DNA of 64,000 nucleotides from Octopus sinensis (lineage: Eukaryota): contig NC_043016.1 of the NCBI RefSeq assembly GCF_006345805.1, positions 20,026,001 through 20,090,000 on the forward strand, in the 5' to 3' direction. Numbering within the stretch: position 1 is the first letter of the stretch; each line of letters opens with the position of its first letter. Positions 36,996 through 50,200 of this stretch are shown here, piece by piece. A model generated the notes under the pieces. That model was given only the letters and a program-made list of their open reading frames with translations. It was not told the origin of the DNA and did not search any database. The translations under genes were made by a program, and so were the position numbers.

Positions 36996-39900
36996 CACAT
37001 ATATACGACAGGCTTCTTTCAGTTTCCGTCTCCCAAATCCACTCACAAGGCATTGGTCGGCCCAGGGCTAAAGCAGAAGACACTTGCCCAAGATGCCACA
37101 CCGTGGGACTGAACCCGGAACCATGTGGTTGGTTAGCAAGCTACTTACCACACAGTCACTCCTGCGCCTATAGTGAAAAAAAAAAAAAAGCTGAATAAAA
37201 ACGAAAAATGATACAAACCAAGAGACACAAGTTGTTTCAGAAGAGAAAGTCTCGCCTGGATGCGTCGTCGTAGCAGCTCAATAGTGTTTTGCATGTGACT
37301 TGAACTCAAAGAACTGCCAGATTTTACATCATTACTCAGAAACTGGAGCCCTGCAATCCACTGGGCCCACAAATAAGGACGACCTGTAATGCTGATGTGG
37401 CTTGAAAAGTCACCAAGACTGAAGAGAAACAAAACAAACAAAAAATTATAAATAAATTTCTCGTTTTTTTTTTTTTTGTTTTTTTTACTTGTTTCTTTTT
37501 ATAAACATGTAAATCTTCTGTGGAAACATGACTGATCAGCAAGAGAGAGAAAAAAAAAAACCTTGCCTGCAGCACTTGATTAACCATTAAGCAAACTAAG
37601 CACATGCTTAAGGCATCAAAGGAAGGGGAGGGGCACCACAGAAATAGTAAATGGTTTACAGCACAAAAGAAATCACTTTAAACTTGCTAAAATACTATTT
37701 GGATGCCTTATCTCTACTAAGTTTAGAAGCAGATGTGTTACGTAAGATGAATTTTGAGGATTTGATTAAGGATTTTGCAATTGAAAAAAAAGTAAGAGAA
37801 AACTTTTCAAATATAAATGAAATGGAAGTATACAAAAATAAACATTTTCTATCTTGCTGTTATTTTTGTTTCATTTTGAAAGATAAAACTATTTTATGGT
37901 TTGCCTGGTGCAGCCACCCGGCTTCCCAGACCCCAGTCGAATCACCCAACCCATGCCAGCATGGAAAACGGATGTTAAACAATGATAATGATGATTTTGA
38001 TTTTGAATTAAATATGAAAGCACCAAAATCTTTTAAGTGCTTAGGACCACTAAAGATCTTAATTTGGCCCTGCTTGCAAAGAAAGAAGTGAGGGTTGGTA
38101 ACAAGAAGGGCATCTGGTTGTAGAAATAATAAAGAAAAAGCATGTTAGACATATGTAGTCTTAGACACTTCCTAAAAAGATGTGATAGCCATGACTGGAA
38201 TGCCTTTGACCTAACATAGGTTTGCTCAATTGTGACCTGGTGATAAACAATAGAAATGACAACTTCACAATTTATCCAAATTTCTTAGGTCCCATGAAGA
38301 GGTACATTAAACAAACCTTATTGTCTGTTTCCTTTTGCCATTAACCCTTTCGTTGCTATATTTCTGACCAAAATACACCCCTCATGAGTTTCAATTAAAT
38401 TCTAAAATAATCATGAATTTAGACTAGTTTCATTAAACAACTGTAACTATTTTACTTATCAACATATTAATGTGATATTTGGAACATAAATGAAGAAAGG
38501 GTTCTTAATTCTATTGTATAATTTTTGTCTCAAAGTGACTATAATTACAGGTAAATCCAGGTAAACTGAGCAACATGTAAAATATTAAAATTAGTCTTCA
38601 GCTAATATTTAATTGAAATATGCAAATTACTGGAGCAATCAAGAACCTTTTGGCGATCAGTATGCTTCTAGTATTATGACCCGAATACAGTTTGTGAAAC
38701 TAAACCCATATACCCATAATAATATTTATGGCAAAAAATGCTCGTATTTCGTCTACAGTTGTAGGAAACCACAAGCTATCTTTTTTTCCTGCTTGTTTAC
38801 ATTCTCCGTAACGGTTTGTTTCTGCAGTGATTGCTTTCAAACAAGCATGCAGGAAAAAATAAAAAGAAAAAGTCTAATGGTTTCATTTCCTGAGAAAGAC
38901 TATGGGTAGACCCTGTCTCTTCAGAAAAAATTGTTAATAGAAACGTTTTTTAACTTTTTACTCCATTCTGGTGTAAAATCATCCTTGCTGTCTATGTCAC
39001 TGCTTTCAGTTTCTTCAGAATCGCTTTCGGTTTTGGATACAGAAAGATCCAATTCATTTTCGTCCATCACGTGCTTTTGCACCTCATTCATTCTTTTCTT
39101 CGATATCTCCATATCTTCTGTTGAAAAGCCTTCAAATTTGGAATCACTGCTTGATAGCATGAAACTCCTCTCCATTTTCAAAGTTGAAAAAAATTAACGC
39201 TGATAAAAATGTAGAAAAAAAAATCTTCCAAAATTCAAATACCACGCCAAACAATGTTGGATACAATAACTCAACTGTTAGCAAAGTGAAATCACGTGTT
39301 TTAACGAATGTACCAACGAGATTTTGGTTCAAATTTACATTTGAATAACAATGGGTTCTCTCGGCCGGCTACGGTTGGGTTGGCCTTATGAACCAAAAAA
39401 TTTTTCAGCAGGCTATGGCTGGGTTAGTAATGAAAGGGTTAAAAAAACAAAATCTAAAGAATTAAAAAGAATTTTAATAAAAAATAGAATAGGAAAGGGC
39501 TTACCCAAATCGTTTCAGAACATATTGGTTTGCAGGATTAGGAGTGTCACAACCATGATCCTCAGGATACAGGTAAGCTAAAAACTTATCCGGTGATAAC
39601 AAATCTCTACAGAAAGACAAAGGGAGAGAAAGAAAGAAAAATAGTGGCAATGCAGTTAGCTACAACAATTTGTTTACATATTGCTATCAATAATACATGT
39701 GTACATATATATCATCATCATCATTTAACATCTACCTTCCATGCTGAAATGAGTTGGCTAGACAGAAGACTACACCAGGCTTATATGTGATGGGGCTTTC
39801 ACTTTCTGTCTACCAAATCTACTCACAAGGTTTTGGTTGGCCCAAGGCTATAGTAGAAGACACTTGTCCAAGGTGTCACATGGTGGGATTGGACCCAGAA

Positions 39901-41061
39901 CCATGTGGTTGGGAAGCACGCTTCTTACCACACAGACATGCCTGAATTTTTTTTTATTACAAATCTTTTCCATCTGACCTAGTCGTGGTTATATTTCTCT
40001 TTATGAAGCCAGCCCCAACTCCACCACAAGGTGTCCATTTCATTGTTGCTGTATGGTGACCCTGAGAGTTATGCCAGTGGAGTGTACACTCCTGGTAGGT
40101 CCTCCGATGCTGGACAGGTCAAAGGATAGCAGCCACACTAATATGAACCACCTCTTCCCAGAGGTAAAAATGGGTTTGAATAGGGCCAAAATCAAAGTTA
40201 CAGAAGCACAGATGATAATTCAAAAGCAGCAAAATCGGGGGGGGGGGACTTCCTTCAGGGAAACATACAACACAGTGCAGCAAAATCCAAATGGAAACTG
40301 TAAGCAAGCAAAGATCTAGCTGGAGAGAAGCAGGAAAAAACATCCCAGAGAAGAGAACAGCAGAGAAAAATTGTTGAAAGCATATACTCCAACAGGGAGT
40401 GAAGGGGTTAAGTAAGTAGGTCCCCAAATGGCAAGATGGCTAGATATAGAATTAAATACTGGTGCAGATTTCTTTCAAGTATTTCATTGAACTTAAAAAA
40501 AAAAAAAAAAAAAAAAAATACATGCATTATAAAGAGGTTGGCACTAGCAGGGTACTCAGCTGTAGAAATCATGCCAAAGCAGATATTGGAAATCTAAGCA
40601 TATCTCTGGCTAGTTGTTTTCTGTCAAACCACCCAACCTGACTGTTCCAGCATGGAAGAATGGACATTAAATAACAAACGACAGAACATTTGCAGATGAG
40701 ATTTTTTTTTGAGAATGGATATACGTGTGTGTTTGTGTGTGTGTGTGTGTGTAGGAATTTTTCAAGTAGTGGGAGAGACATTGAGAGTTGAAGAATGCTG
40801 CAGCAACAAACTGCCTGAGATCTTACTGTAAATATTTGTGCATGCATAGTTTACACTGGGCATGCTTTACAAAATTCAATATTGAAAATTTATTCAACAA
40901 ACATTTACAAAACACAGAGAACAAAAGGTCAGCAAAAAGAAATAACAGAAGCCGCCGCCGCCGTCGCCGTCGTCGTCATCGTCATCGTCATCATCATCAT
41001 CATCATTATTATTATTATTATTATATCATTTTCATCTGTGTCATCATCCACATCATTTTCA

Positions 41062-41100
<39 letters not shown>

Positions 41101-42377
41101 GAAACCTACCCTCCGCATATTGAAGTTGTGGGTGCCTGAGGTCCTGGCTGAACCATGACATTTACAGTGATGATATTCAGCATTAGAAGATAATTAAATG
41201 TCAGGTGGACTGAGCTGCTATCTGAAATAAATGAAAAAAAAAAAACAAAAATAAAATAAAATAAAATAAAAAGAAAGGAGGAAATATAATTACAATGTTA
41301 AGTTGACAGTGATAAAAATGTACAAGTGATTAGCAATAAAATGTACAAACATTTACAAAAAAAAAAAACATTTTTTTTTTTTTAACTTTTTGATAAGTAA
41401 CCTGCCTGAAACTACCTTTCTTTCCACAATACAAACTGCTTTAAGTTTTAAAGGGAACTAAATTAAAACCTTTCATTTAAAAAATTCATGCTAATTTATG
41501 TTCCAAATACCAGCTTACTGCCTTTTTTTACTTGTTTCAGTCATTAGGCCATGGCCAAGCTGGGGCATCACCTTGAAGAATTTTTAATCTGATGAATCAA
41601 CCTCACTACCATTTTTTTTTAAAGTCTGGTACTTATTCTATCAGTCTCTTACGCCAAACCACTAAGTTATGCAGATCTATTCACAAGGCTTATAGAAGAC
41701 ACTTGCCCAACATGTCACATAGTGGGACTGAACCCAGAACCATATGGTTAAGAAGCAAACCTCTTACCATACAGCCAAGCAAAAGAAGTGTATCTAAATA
41801 GAAATATGGTAACAAAAGGGTTAAAACACTTAATCCCAGAGAGTAATCTGCTGGGCCTTATGGGGGCAATGACCAAGACCTTTGGCATTATGTTGTGATT
41901 GAGAAGAAAACCTATCAAGCCAAGCAAAATCACAGTCATGGCAGATACCAGTGTCATGCATATGGCACCCGTTACATTCTCAGAGTGGTTGGCGTTAGGA
42001 AGGGCATCAAGCCATAGAAAACCATGCCAAAATCAGACTGGAGCCTGGCGCAGTCTTCCAGCTTACCAGCCCTGGTCAATCCGTCTAACCCATGCCAGCA
42101 TGGACAATGGACGTTAAATGATGATGAGGAGGAGGATATATTTTATATATTTAAATATATGTTCTTTTATTCTTTTACTTGTTTCAGTGATTCGACTGTG
42201 GCTATGCTGGAGTACTGCCTTGAAGGGTTTTAAGTCGGAGAAATCAATCATGGGACTTATTCTTTGTAAGCCTAGTATTTATTCTATTGGTCTCTTTCGC
42301 CAAACCATTAAGTTATAGGGATGTTAATACACCAACATTGGTTGTGTGCACGTGCACACACACACACACACACACAC

Positions 42378-42441
<64 letters not shown>

Positions 42442-43982
42442 TATATATGTATATATATATATATATAACAGCAGGCTTCTTTCAGTTTCTGTCTAACAAA
42501 TCCACTCACAAGGCTTTGGTCAGCCAGAGGCTAAAGTAGAAGACACTTGCCCAAGGTGCCACGCATGTGGAACCATGTGATTGGGAAGCAAGCTTATAAC
42601 TACACAGCCTATATGTGTGTGTGTATCAATATCACTGTACTTATCAGACAATTGCTAGTCCCAATGTGCTTCCTTGTATTGTGGTAGTTTTCAAATGATG
42701 CCACCCAATATTTCCTCCAAGCAGAAACTTAGCTTGTCAGAGGGGTCGGCCATTTACAGCTGTGTGAAGTAGAACAATGTGAAATGAAGTGTCTTGCTCA
42801 AGAGCACAACACATTGCTGGGCTGGGAATTGAAACCATGACCATGCAATTGTGACTGCCATTTCCCAACCACTATGCCACGTGCTTTCACATATACACAT
42901 GCACACTTCCAATGAACTTCTTGTACAACTTCCATCAACCAAATTCCGCCCACAAAGTATTATTTAATCTTAGGCTATGGTAGAAGGTACTTGTCCAATG
43001 TATCAAGCAGTGAGATTGAACCCAGTACCACAACATTGCAAAGAGAATTTCTTAACCATACATCCATTCCCTAGACTAAGCAAACATATAAAATAAACAA
43101 ATAATTAGGTTCCATACTTACCACTGCAACCAATCACAAGTATCACTGAAAGGGGATGTTTACGAAGAACTTGAAGTTTGCGGTCAGATTTACGAGATTC
43201 AGTAGTTTTCCGCCTGTGTTTCTGCAGGTAACAACAACAAACAGTCTTCAATATTAGTACAAAGCCACAGATTTAAGGCTGGGGTGAGGTTAATTGCTTA
43301 CATCAATTCCCAGTACTTCATCAATATTTTATTACTTTACCAACCTCAGGAAGAATGAAAAGTAAAACTGATCTTGACAGCACCTGAACTCAACAACAAC
43401 AGCAATGATAATAAAATATAACTTTGGAATCAAGTTATTATTCATAGTGAAGAGGTTAGAACTGCTTAAATTGGTCCACGTCACATGATTCAAACCCTTC
43501 AGATTACTACATATAATGCTTGTTTATTCACAGTGTTGAGTTAAACATGGTTTAACGCAGCTTCAAAATTTCAGTGATCTGGCTGTTTATTTTGAGTGGT
43601 ATTGCAGGGTAGGTGTGAGAGGCTAGAATTTGGAACAAAAAACTTCCAAACGACAGAATTACATAACAAAGAAACCATGTCCCTGGAGGTATATGATGTC
43701 AGAAAATGAAAAAATGCACTATATCTTCTATGATTAAGATCTTTACTCTTAAGTTATTCTTTTTATTCAGCTTTGTAAGCTTTATTGAACAGAATATAGC
43801 TGACAGAGTTCCTCAACAGTTTCTTTGTACTTTGGTAATTTTTATTATTGCATTTCCCTGTGTGGCCAAGGAGTTTGCTTACCAAACATATGGTCTCGGG
43901 TTCAGTCCCACTGTGCAATACCTTGGGCAAATATCTTCAGCTATAAACCTGGGCTGTGTGTATGTGTAAGCATGTGTACATT

Positions 43983-44013
<31 letters not shown>

Positions 44014-44180
44014 CTTTTACTCTTTTACTTGTTTCAGTCATTTGACTGTGGCCATGCTGGAGCACTGCCTTTAGACGAGCAAATCGACCCCGGGACTTAT
44101 TCTTTGTAAGCCCAGTACTTATTCTATCGGTCTCTTTTGCCGAACTGCTAAGTGATGGGGACGTAAACACAGACACACAA

Positions 44181-44243
<63 letters not shown>

Positions 44244-47200
44244 TACGACAGGCTTCTTTCAATTTCCATCTACCAAATCCACTCACACGGCATTGGTCAG
44301 CCCGGGCTATAGCCGAAGACACCACGCAGTGGGACTGAACCCGGAACCATGTGGTTGGTTAGCAAGCTACTTACCACACAGCCACTTTTATATATATATA
44401 AAAGAGGTATATATGTGTGTGTTTACCATTGTCTTGACATCCCATGCTGGTTGTAAACAAGTATCACTATTATAGAAGTAATGTGGCTTCTTTCTAGTTT
44501 GTCTGTTAAAAATATGTCTGGCCATGGGGAAATATTACTTTGCTTCGATCCAAGTGAGGGTGATAACAGGAAGGGCGTCCAACCATAAAATATCTGCCCC
44601 AACAAATTTCGCCAGACCCACACAAACAAGGAATAAGGGACATTAAATGAAATGATGATGACTTTTTGTTAAATGTATGACCAGCTTTAACAAGAAAGTG
44701 TTATAGGTTGGGCCTGGTGCAGCCTTCTGGCTTCCCAGACCCCGGTCGAACTGTCCAACCCATGCTAGCATGGAAAACGGACGTTAAACGATGATGATGA
44801 TGATGATGATATATATACACATACATATATATACATATGTAAGTCTTTAGCCACTGTAATGTGCCACTGAGAAAAGACATAGTTTTCCTTATATTCTCAA
44901 TCTATAACCAGATAAATGTGACTGAAAGTATTCAGTACCTTCCCCAAAAGACAATTACTGTATTTTAATGTGAATAAGGTACCCCCTAATTTTGGGGGCT
45001 TAAAATTTGGAAAAAAGGTTTTGCAAGGGATTATAATACTACCCATGTATAAGAAACTCCATTATTTTTTTAGCTTAATTTTTGACAAAAAAGGATTCCT
45101 TATACATGTTGAAAAACGGTAAGTTCTTGCAATTGGAACAACATGAAATGAAAGAGCCTTCCTTAAGGAGCTCAAGGATGCAATGCCCTGCACAGCCCAT
45201 AAATTGAACCCATGATCTTATGATTGTGAGCCCAAATCTTTACGCACTTGGTTGTGAGCTTTCATATCACTATCATCACCAACATCAATTCCTGAACAAA
45301 AACTGTTTCACGTCCTAAGAGTCACGGGGCTGGTTACCCCATTTCCATCATGTACAAGCAGACCAAAATCAAAACATTTATCCGCCGAACAGGACATTAA
45401 TCTGTTGCAGAGTCATTCAATTACAGATGACTGGACTGGAGGAACATAAAATACCTTCCATAATTTGTTCTGGTACAAAGTTAGAAAAGTCAGCAAAGGA
45501 AAAAAAAAAAAAAACAACTTACAGAACTATGCTTATCTTGATCATCATTATCACTGTCAGAATCAAATTCTGTAAAAGAAAAAAAATGTAAATAGTAATT
45601 TTTTCAATCTTTAACCCTTTTGCATTTAAACTGGCCATATCCAGCCAAAATATTCCATCAGTTTTATGTTCAAATTAACCTGATCCAGACTCTCCCATCT
45701 ACCCTACAATGTTATTCTACATTAAACAATCACATCATTATTATTGAAATCCCAAAGATACAAGATAAAGCATGATTAATTCAAAACAATGTGAATCAGT
45801 AAGCATTACATTTGGTAGAATAACCTGAACATTAAAAGGTTAAGGTAAATACTCATAAAGCTATCCTTTATTATCATAAGAACGTGAAATAACGTCAAAA
45901 CTTTCTGGAATGCTTTTGATGCTGACCTGCCTGAGAATATTTCTGGTTTTATTAACCCTTTCATTACCAACCCGGCTGAAACCAGCTCTGGCTCTGTAGT
46001 ACAAATGTCTTGTTTTCATTAGTTTTGAATTAAAATCTTCCACCAAACCTAAGTCACAATTTATGTTTCTAACACTAGCTTAATGATAACTAAATTATGT
46101 TACTAAATTCTTTGCTATATTTAAAGTAATTGAAAGAAACACAGAGCATCTCAACAGAAATACAGTAATGAAAGGGTTAAAACCAGAAATATTCATGTTG
46201 AAATTAAAACATTTTTAGTAATTTTTTGAAAGAGACTGAAAAGACCATTTGATAGACTTCCAAGATAAAAGAAAAATGACACAGTCAAACAATTTTAGTC
46301 CAAATGAAAGAGAAGGGTGCATTCAATAGCAGAATGGAAGTGAATTCTGAGCAGCAATGTTTAAGGGCAACTGATTATCTGGTCTATAGCTAAGTAGATA
46401 AAAAGCTCAATTTCCCAAAACCTGCACCCTTGAGTTCAGTCCCACTGTGTGGAACTTTGTGCAAATGTTTTCTACTATAGCTCCAGATTAACCAAAATCT
46501 TGTGAGCGAATGCAAATGTAAACTGGAGGAAGCCTGTATGTATATGTGTATGTTTGTGTGTGTGCATGAGAATATGCTTGTGTCTTGACATTCTGTGATA
46601 GTCGTAAATGAGTGTCACTGTCATACAAGCGGTGTCATTCATTTCCAATATTCTGCGTGAACATGGTCTGATTACAAGGAAATATTACTTCCTTGGAAAC
46701 AGGTGAGGGTTGGCAACAAAAAGGGCATCCGGCTGTAGAAAATTCTGCCTCAATAAATTCAGTCTGACCCTTGAAAGGATGGGAACATGGACATTAAAAT
46801 GATGAAGATGATGATATCATCCAATGGGCTTCCGCACTGTATCCAGCAACCAGATTTCACCGCACCAAGATGTTGGTGGAACTGAGGTTATGGGCAGAAA
46901 GTATTATGAAGTGTATTTGGGCCCAAAACTATGTGGTTTGCAAAGCAAATTTCACAACCACAATTCCATCAATTTTTGCACGTAGACACATACAGACACA
47001 CACACACACACACAAACACCTTTATCATCAGCAAATAAATAAGTGCCATGCATGAAACTCTTGGCCCTTGAATCACTTTTGTAAAACTACATATTCATAT
47101 ACTGAGTTTCATTCCTCTTTGTTATTGCAACAAACATATATATTCTTTTGCTGGTTTCAATCATTGGAGTAGAAAGGATTATCATTATCATCATCTCCAT

Positions 47201-50200
47201 TATTATTATTATTATTACCACCCTCAGCAAGCTGGCAGAATCGTTAGCACGCCAGCTGAAATGCGTAGCAGTATTTTGTCTGCCGCCACGTTCTGAGTTC
47301 AAATTCCACCGAGGTCGACTTAGCCTTTCATCCTTTGGGGGGTCGATAAATAAAGTACCAGTTACGCACTGGGGTCGAGGTAATTGACTTAATCCCTTTG
47401 TCTGTCTTTGTTTGTCCCCTTTATGTTTAGCCCCTTGCGGGCAATAAAGAAATATATTATAATTACCTTCAAGGACAGTTTCCATGTCAAGTGATCTAGC
47501 GGCTTCATGGTCTCCTTCCAGGCTGACCACCAAGTCTGGATCTGAAAAGAACAAAACAGATGTAAATGAGAATCCATCATAATAAATATTTTTTATGGTC
47601 AAGCCAATGAGAGGTAGGAGAGCCTATGTGGCTATGGATGACTGATCTACTAGAATTAACAATTAAACCACCCTCAAATTTCTATCACAAGAAAAGCAGG
47701 TGGCACGCTGTAGTTCTAAATATGATATTGTCATTGCTGGAATACTTTTGATTACAGGACTGCTCAATCAAGATGGAAAAACACCAGTAATCCTTCTATA
47801 TGTAATTCTTCAACAATTTCACACAGGAAAGCATGAACCCGAGCCTGCAGATACTTACTAAATATGCAAGAAATAACAGTTAAATCTCTCACAAAAAGAA
47901 TGACATGTCAAGGATGCACTTACAATACACTATGTCTCAAAATAAGACAGGGATGGCTATAGTAGATGGGGTGGAACACTTCTGATCACAGACCTGCTCA
48001 CTGAGGGGCTAAACAACAACCTTAGTGATAGATTATGTGAAATGGATTGTCAGAGACCAGACTGTAAGTGTGAAATGAAATATGATACCTAATATAGTTC
48101 CAACCATGCCAACATGAAAGGTGGATGTTAAATGATGATGATGATTATTATAGGTGCAGACGTGGCTGTTTGGTAAGAAGTCTGCTTCCCAACCACATGG
48201 TTTCATGTTCAGTCCCACTGAATGGTTCTTTGGGCAAGTGTCTTCTATGATAAATCCAGGTTGACCAAAGCCTTGTGAGTGGATTTGGTGGATAGAAACT
48301 GAAAGAAGCCTGTCGCATGTGTGTGTGTGTGTGTGTTACTCTCTCTTGTCCTTGACATTGCATGATAGTTGTAAGCAAGTTTTACAGTCATGCAAGTAGT
48401 CACCGTGAAGACACCTGCCCCAAGGTGCCACACAGTGGGACTGAACCCAGAATCATGTGGTTGGAAAGCAAATTTCTTACCACAGACACAACTGCACCTA
48501 TGTAGTTTGAAATTACAAAAGATTTCATGAAAACGGTTTAAAAAAAAGAAGAAACTGAAAAAAGTTTTATGAAATTCTGTGAGGAGGAGGAGGAGGAGGA
48601 AGAAGAAAAAAAAAAACAAATTAAGAAACAAAAAAAAATAACAACAAATACTTACCACAAGCTTCTTGATAGGAGCTAGCTTGCATGAATAAAACATATA
48701 ATGGTTGTGGTAGATGGCGTGCAGCTCGATGCTTTTGTCGAATTTCATCAAATGGCATGTTGAGATATTCCTGGACTGGTTTTGTAGCCTGAATTACAAG
48801 AATTTTGAAATTATTAAAATTTAAAAAGAAAAGAAAAGCAAATAGATATGATGCAATATTATCATATAGTACTTAATCACTAATTAGTCTAAATGTCCTT
48901 GTTTCTGTCCTCTTTCTTGTCACCTCTCTTTCTCTCTCTCTCTGGCCAGGTAACCATGTACCTCCCCTATAGCAAGACACCTGTTTCTGCTTCTCTAACC
49001 TTTCATCATCTGACACAAGATAACTTCCGCCAATGCCCCCTCCCCTTTCAAAATTCCTTGTCTTGCAAGTTACTTGGTGACCCTGCCAGTGCTGGTGCCA
49101 CGTAAAAAGCATCCAATCCACACTGAAGTGACTGGCATTTGGGAGAGCATCCAGCTGTCAAAATCATGCTAAAACAGACACAGTAGCCTGGAGTAGTTTT
49201 CTACCTGGCTGGCTCCTGTCAAACCATCCAACCCATGCCAGCATGGGAAACAGATGTTAAATGATAATGATGATGATGACTGATATTCAGGTCTTGTATT
49301 GTTCACTCTTTTACTGTCTTCAGTCATTAGACTGCAACTATGTTGGGGCACTGCCTTTTTACACTGACTCTATCAGCTATAAAGAAGCAGCTACACGTGC
49401 CAACATCACTTCATCCTTAATAACAACATAAACCACAAGCAAATAAACTAGAAACGCCCCCCCCCCGAACTACATGTCATCTAACATAATTCTCTCTTTA
49501 ATCAGTTTTAGTTTTCTATAACTTTCATAACTTTACCCAACAGTTTGATGTCTATGTAGTTACTTCATTTCAGAGCATCTCCCTCAACTATTTAGCATCT
49601 AAATTGACTGTATCCGGCCATATTATTCTACCTGTTTTCTGTTCAAAGAGGCCAGATCTAGCAACTCCCATCTATCCTATGTTACTCTAAAAATAAACAA
49701 TTACATCAGCAAAATCTCAAAGCAACAAGATAATGCTCGATGAATTCAAAACAATATGAATTAATATTATTAATTAATTATGAATTCAAAACAATATTAA
49801 TATTAATTAATAAGTATTACATTTGACAATAATCATCATCATTTAACGTCTGCTTTCCATGCTAGCATGGGTTGGACGATTTTGACTGAGGGCTGGCGAA
49901 CCAGGCTCCAATCTTGATTTGGCAGAGTTTCTACAGCTTGATGCCCTTCCTAACCCCAACCACTCCAAGAGTGTAGTGGGTACTTTTTACGTGCCACCGG
50001 CATGGGGGCCAGTCAGGCGGTACTGGCAATGACATCGCTCGAATCTTTTTACACATTCCACCAGCACAGGTGCCAGTAAGGCGACGTTGGTAACGATCAC
50101 GCTCGAATGGTGCCCTTTTACATGCCACTGGCATGGAAGCCAGTTGGCTGCTCTGGCAACGATCACGCTTGGATGGGGCTCTTGGCACCCTACTAGCACA

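Noticed and set aside
38921-39181. Acidic 86-aa ORF as a host exon or small gene
   Set aside because: It lies inside a TTAA-flanked piggyBac derivative, and the homologous copy at 61040-61300 is disrupted.
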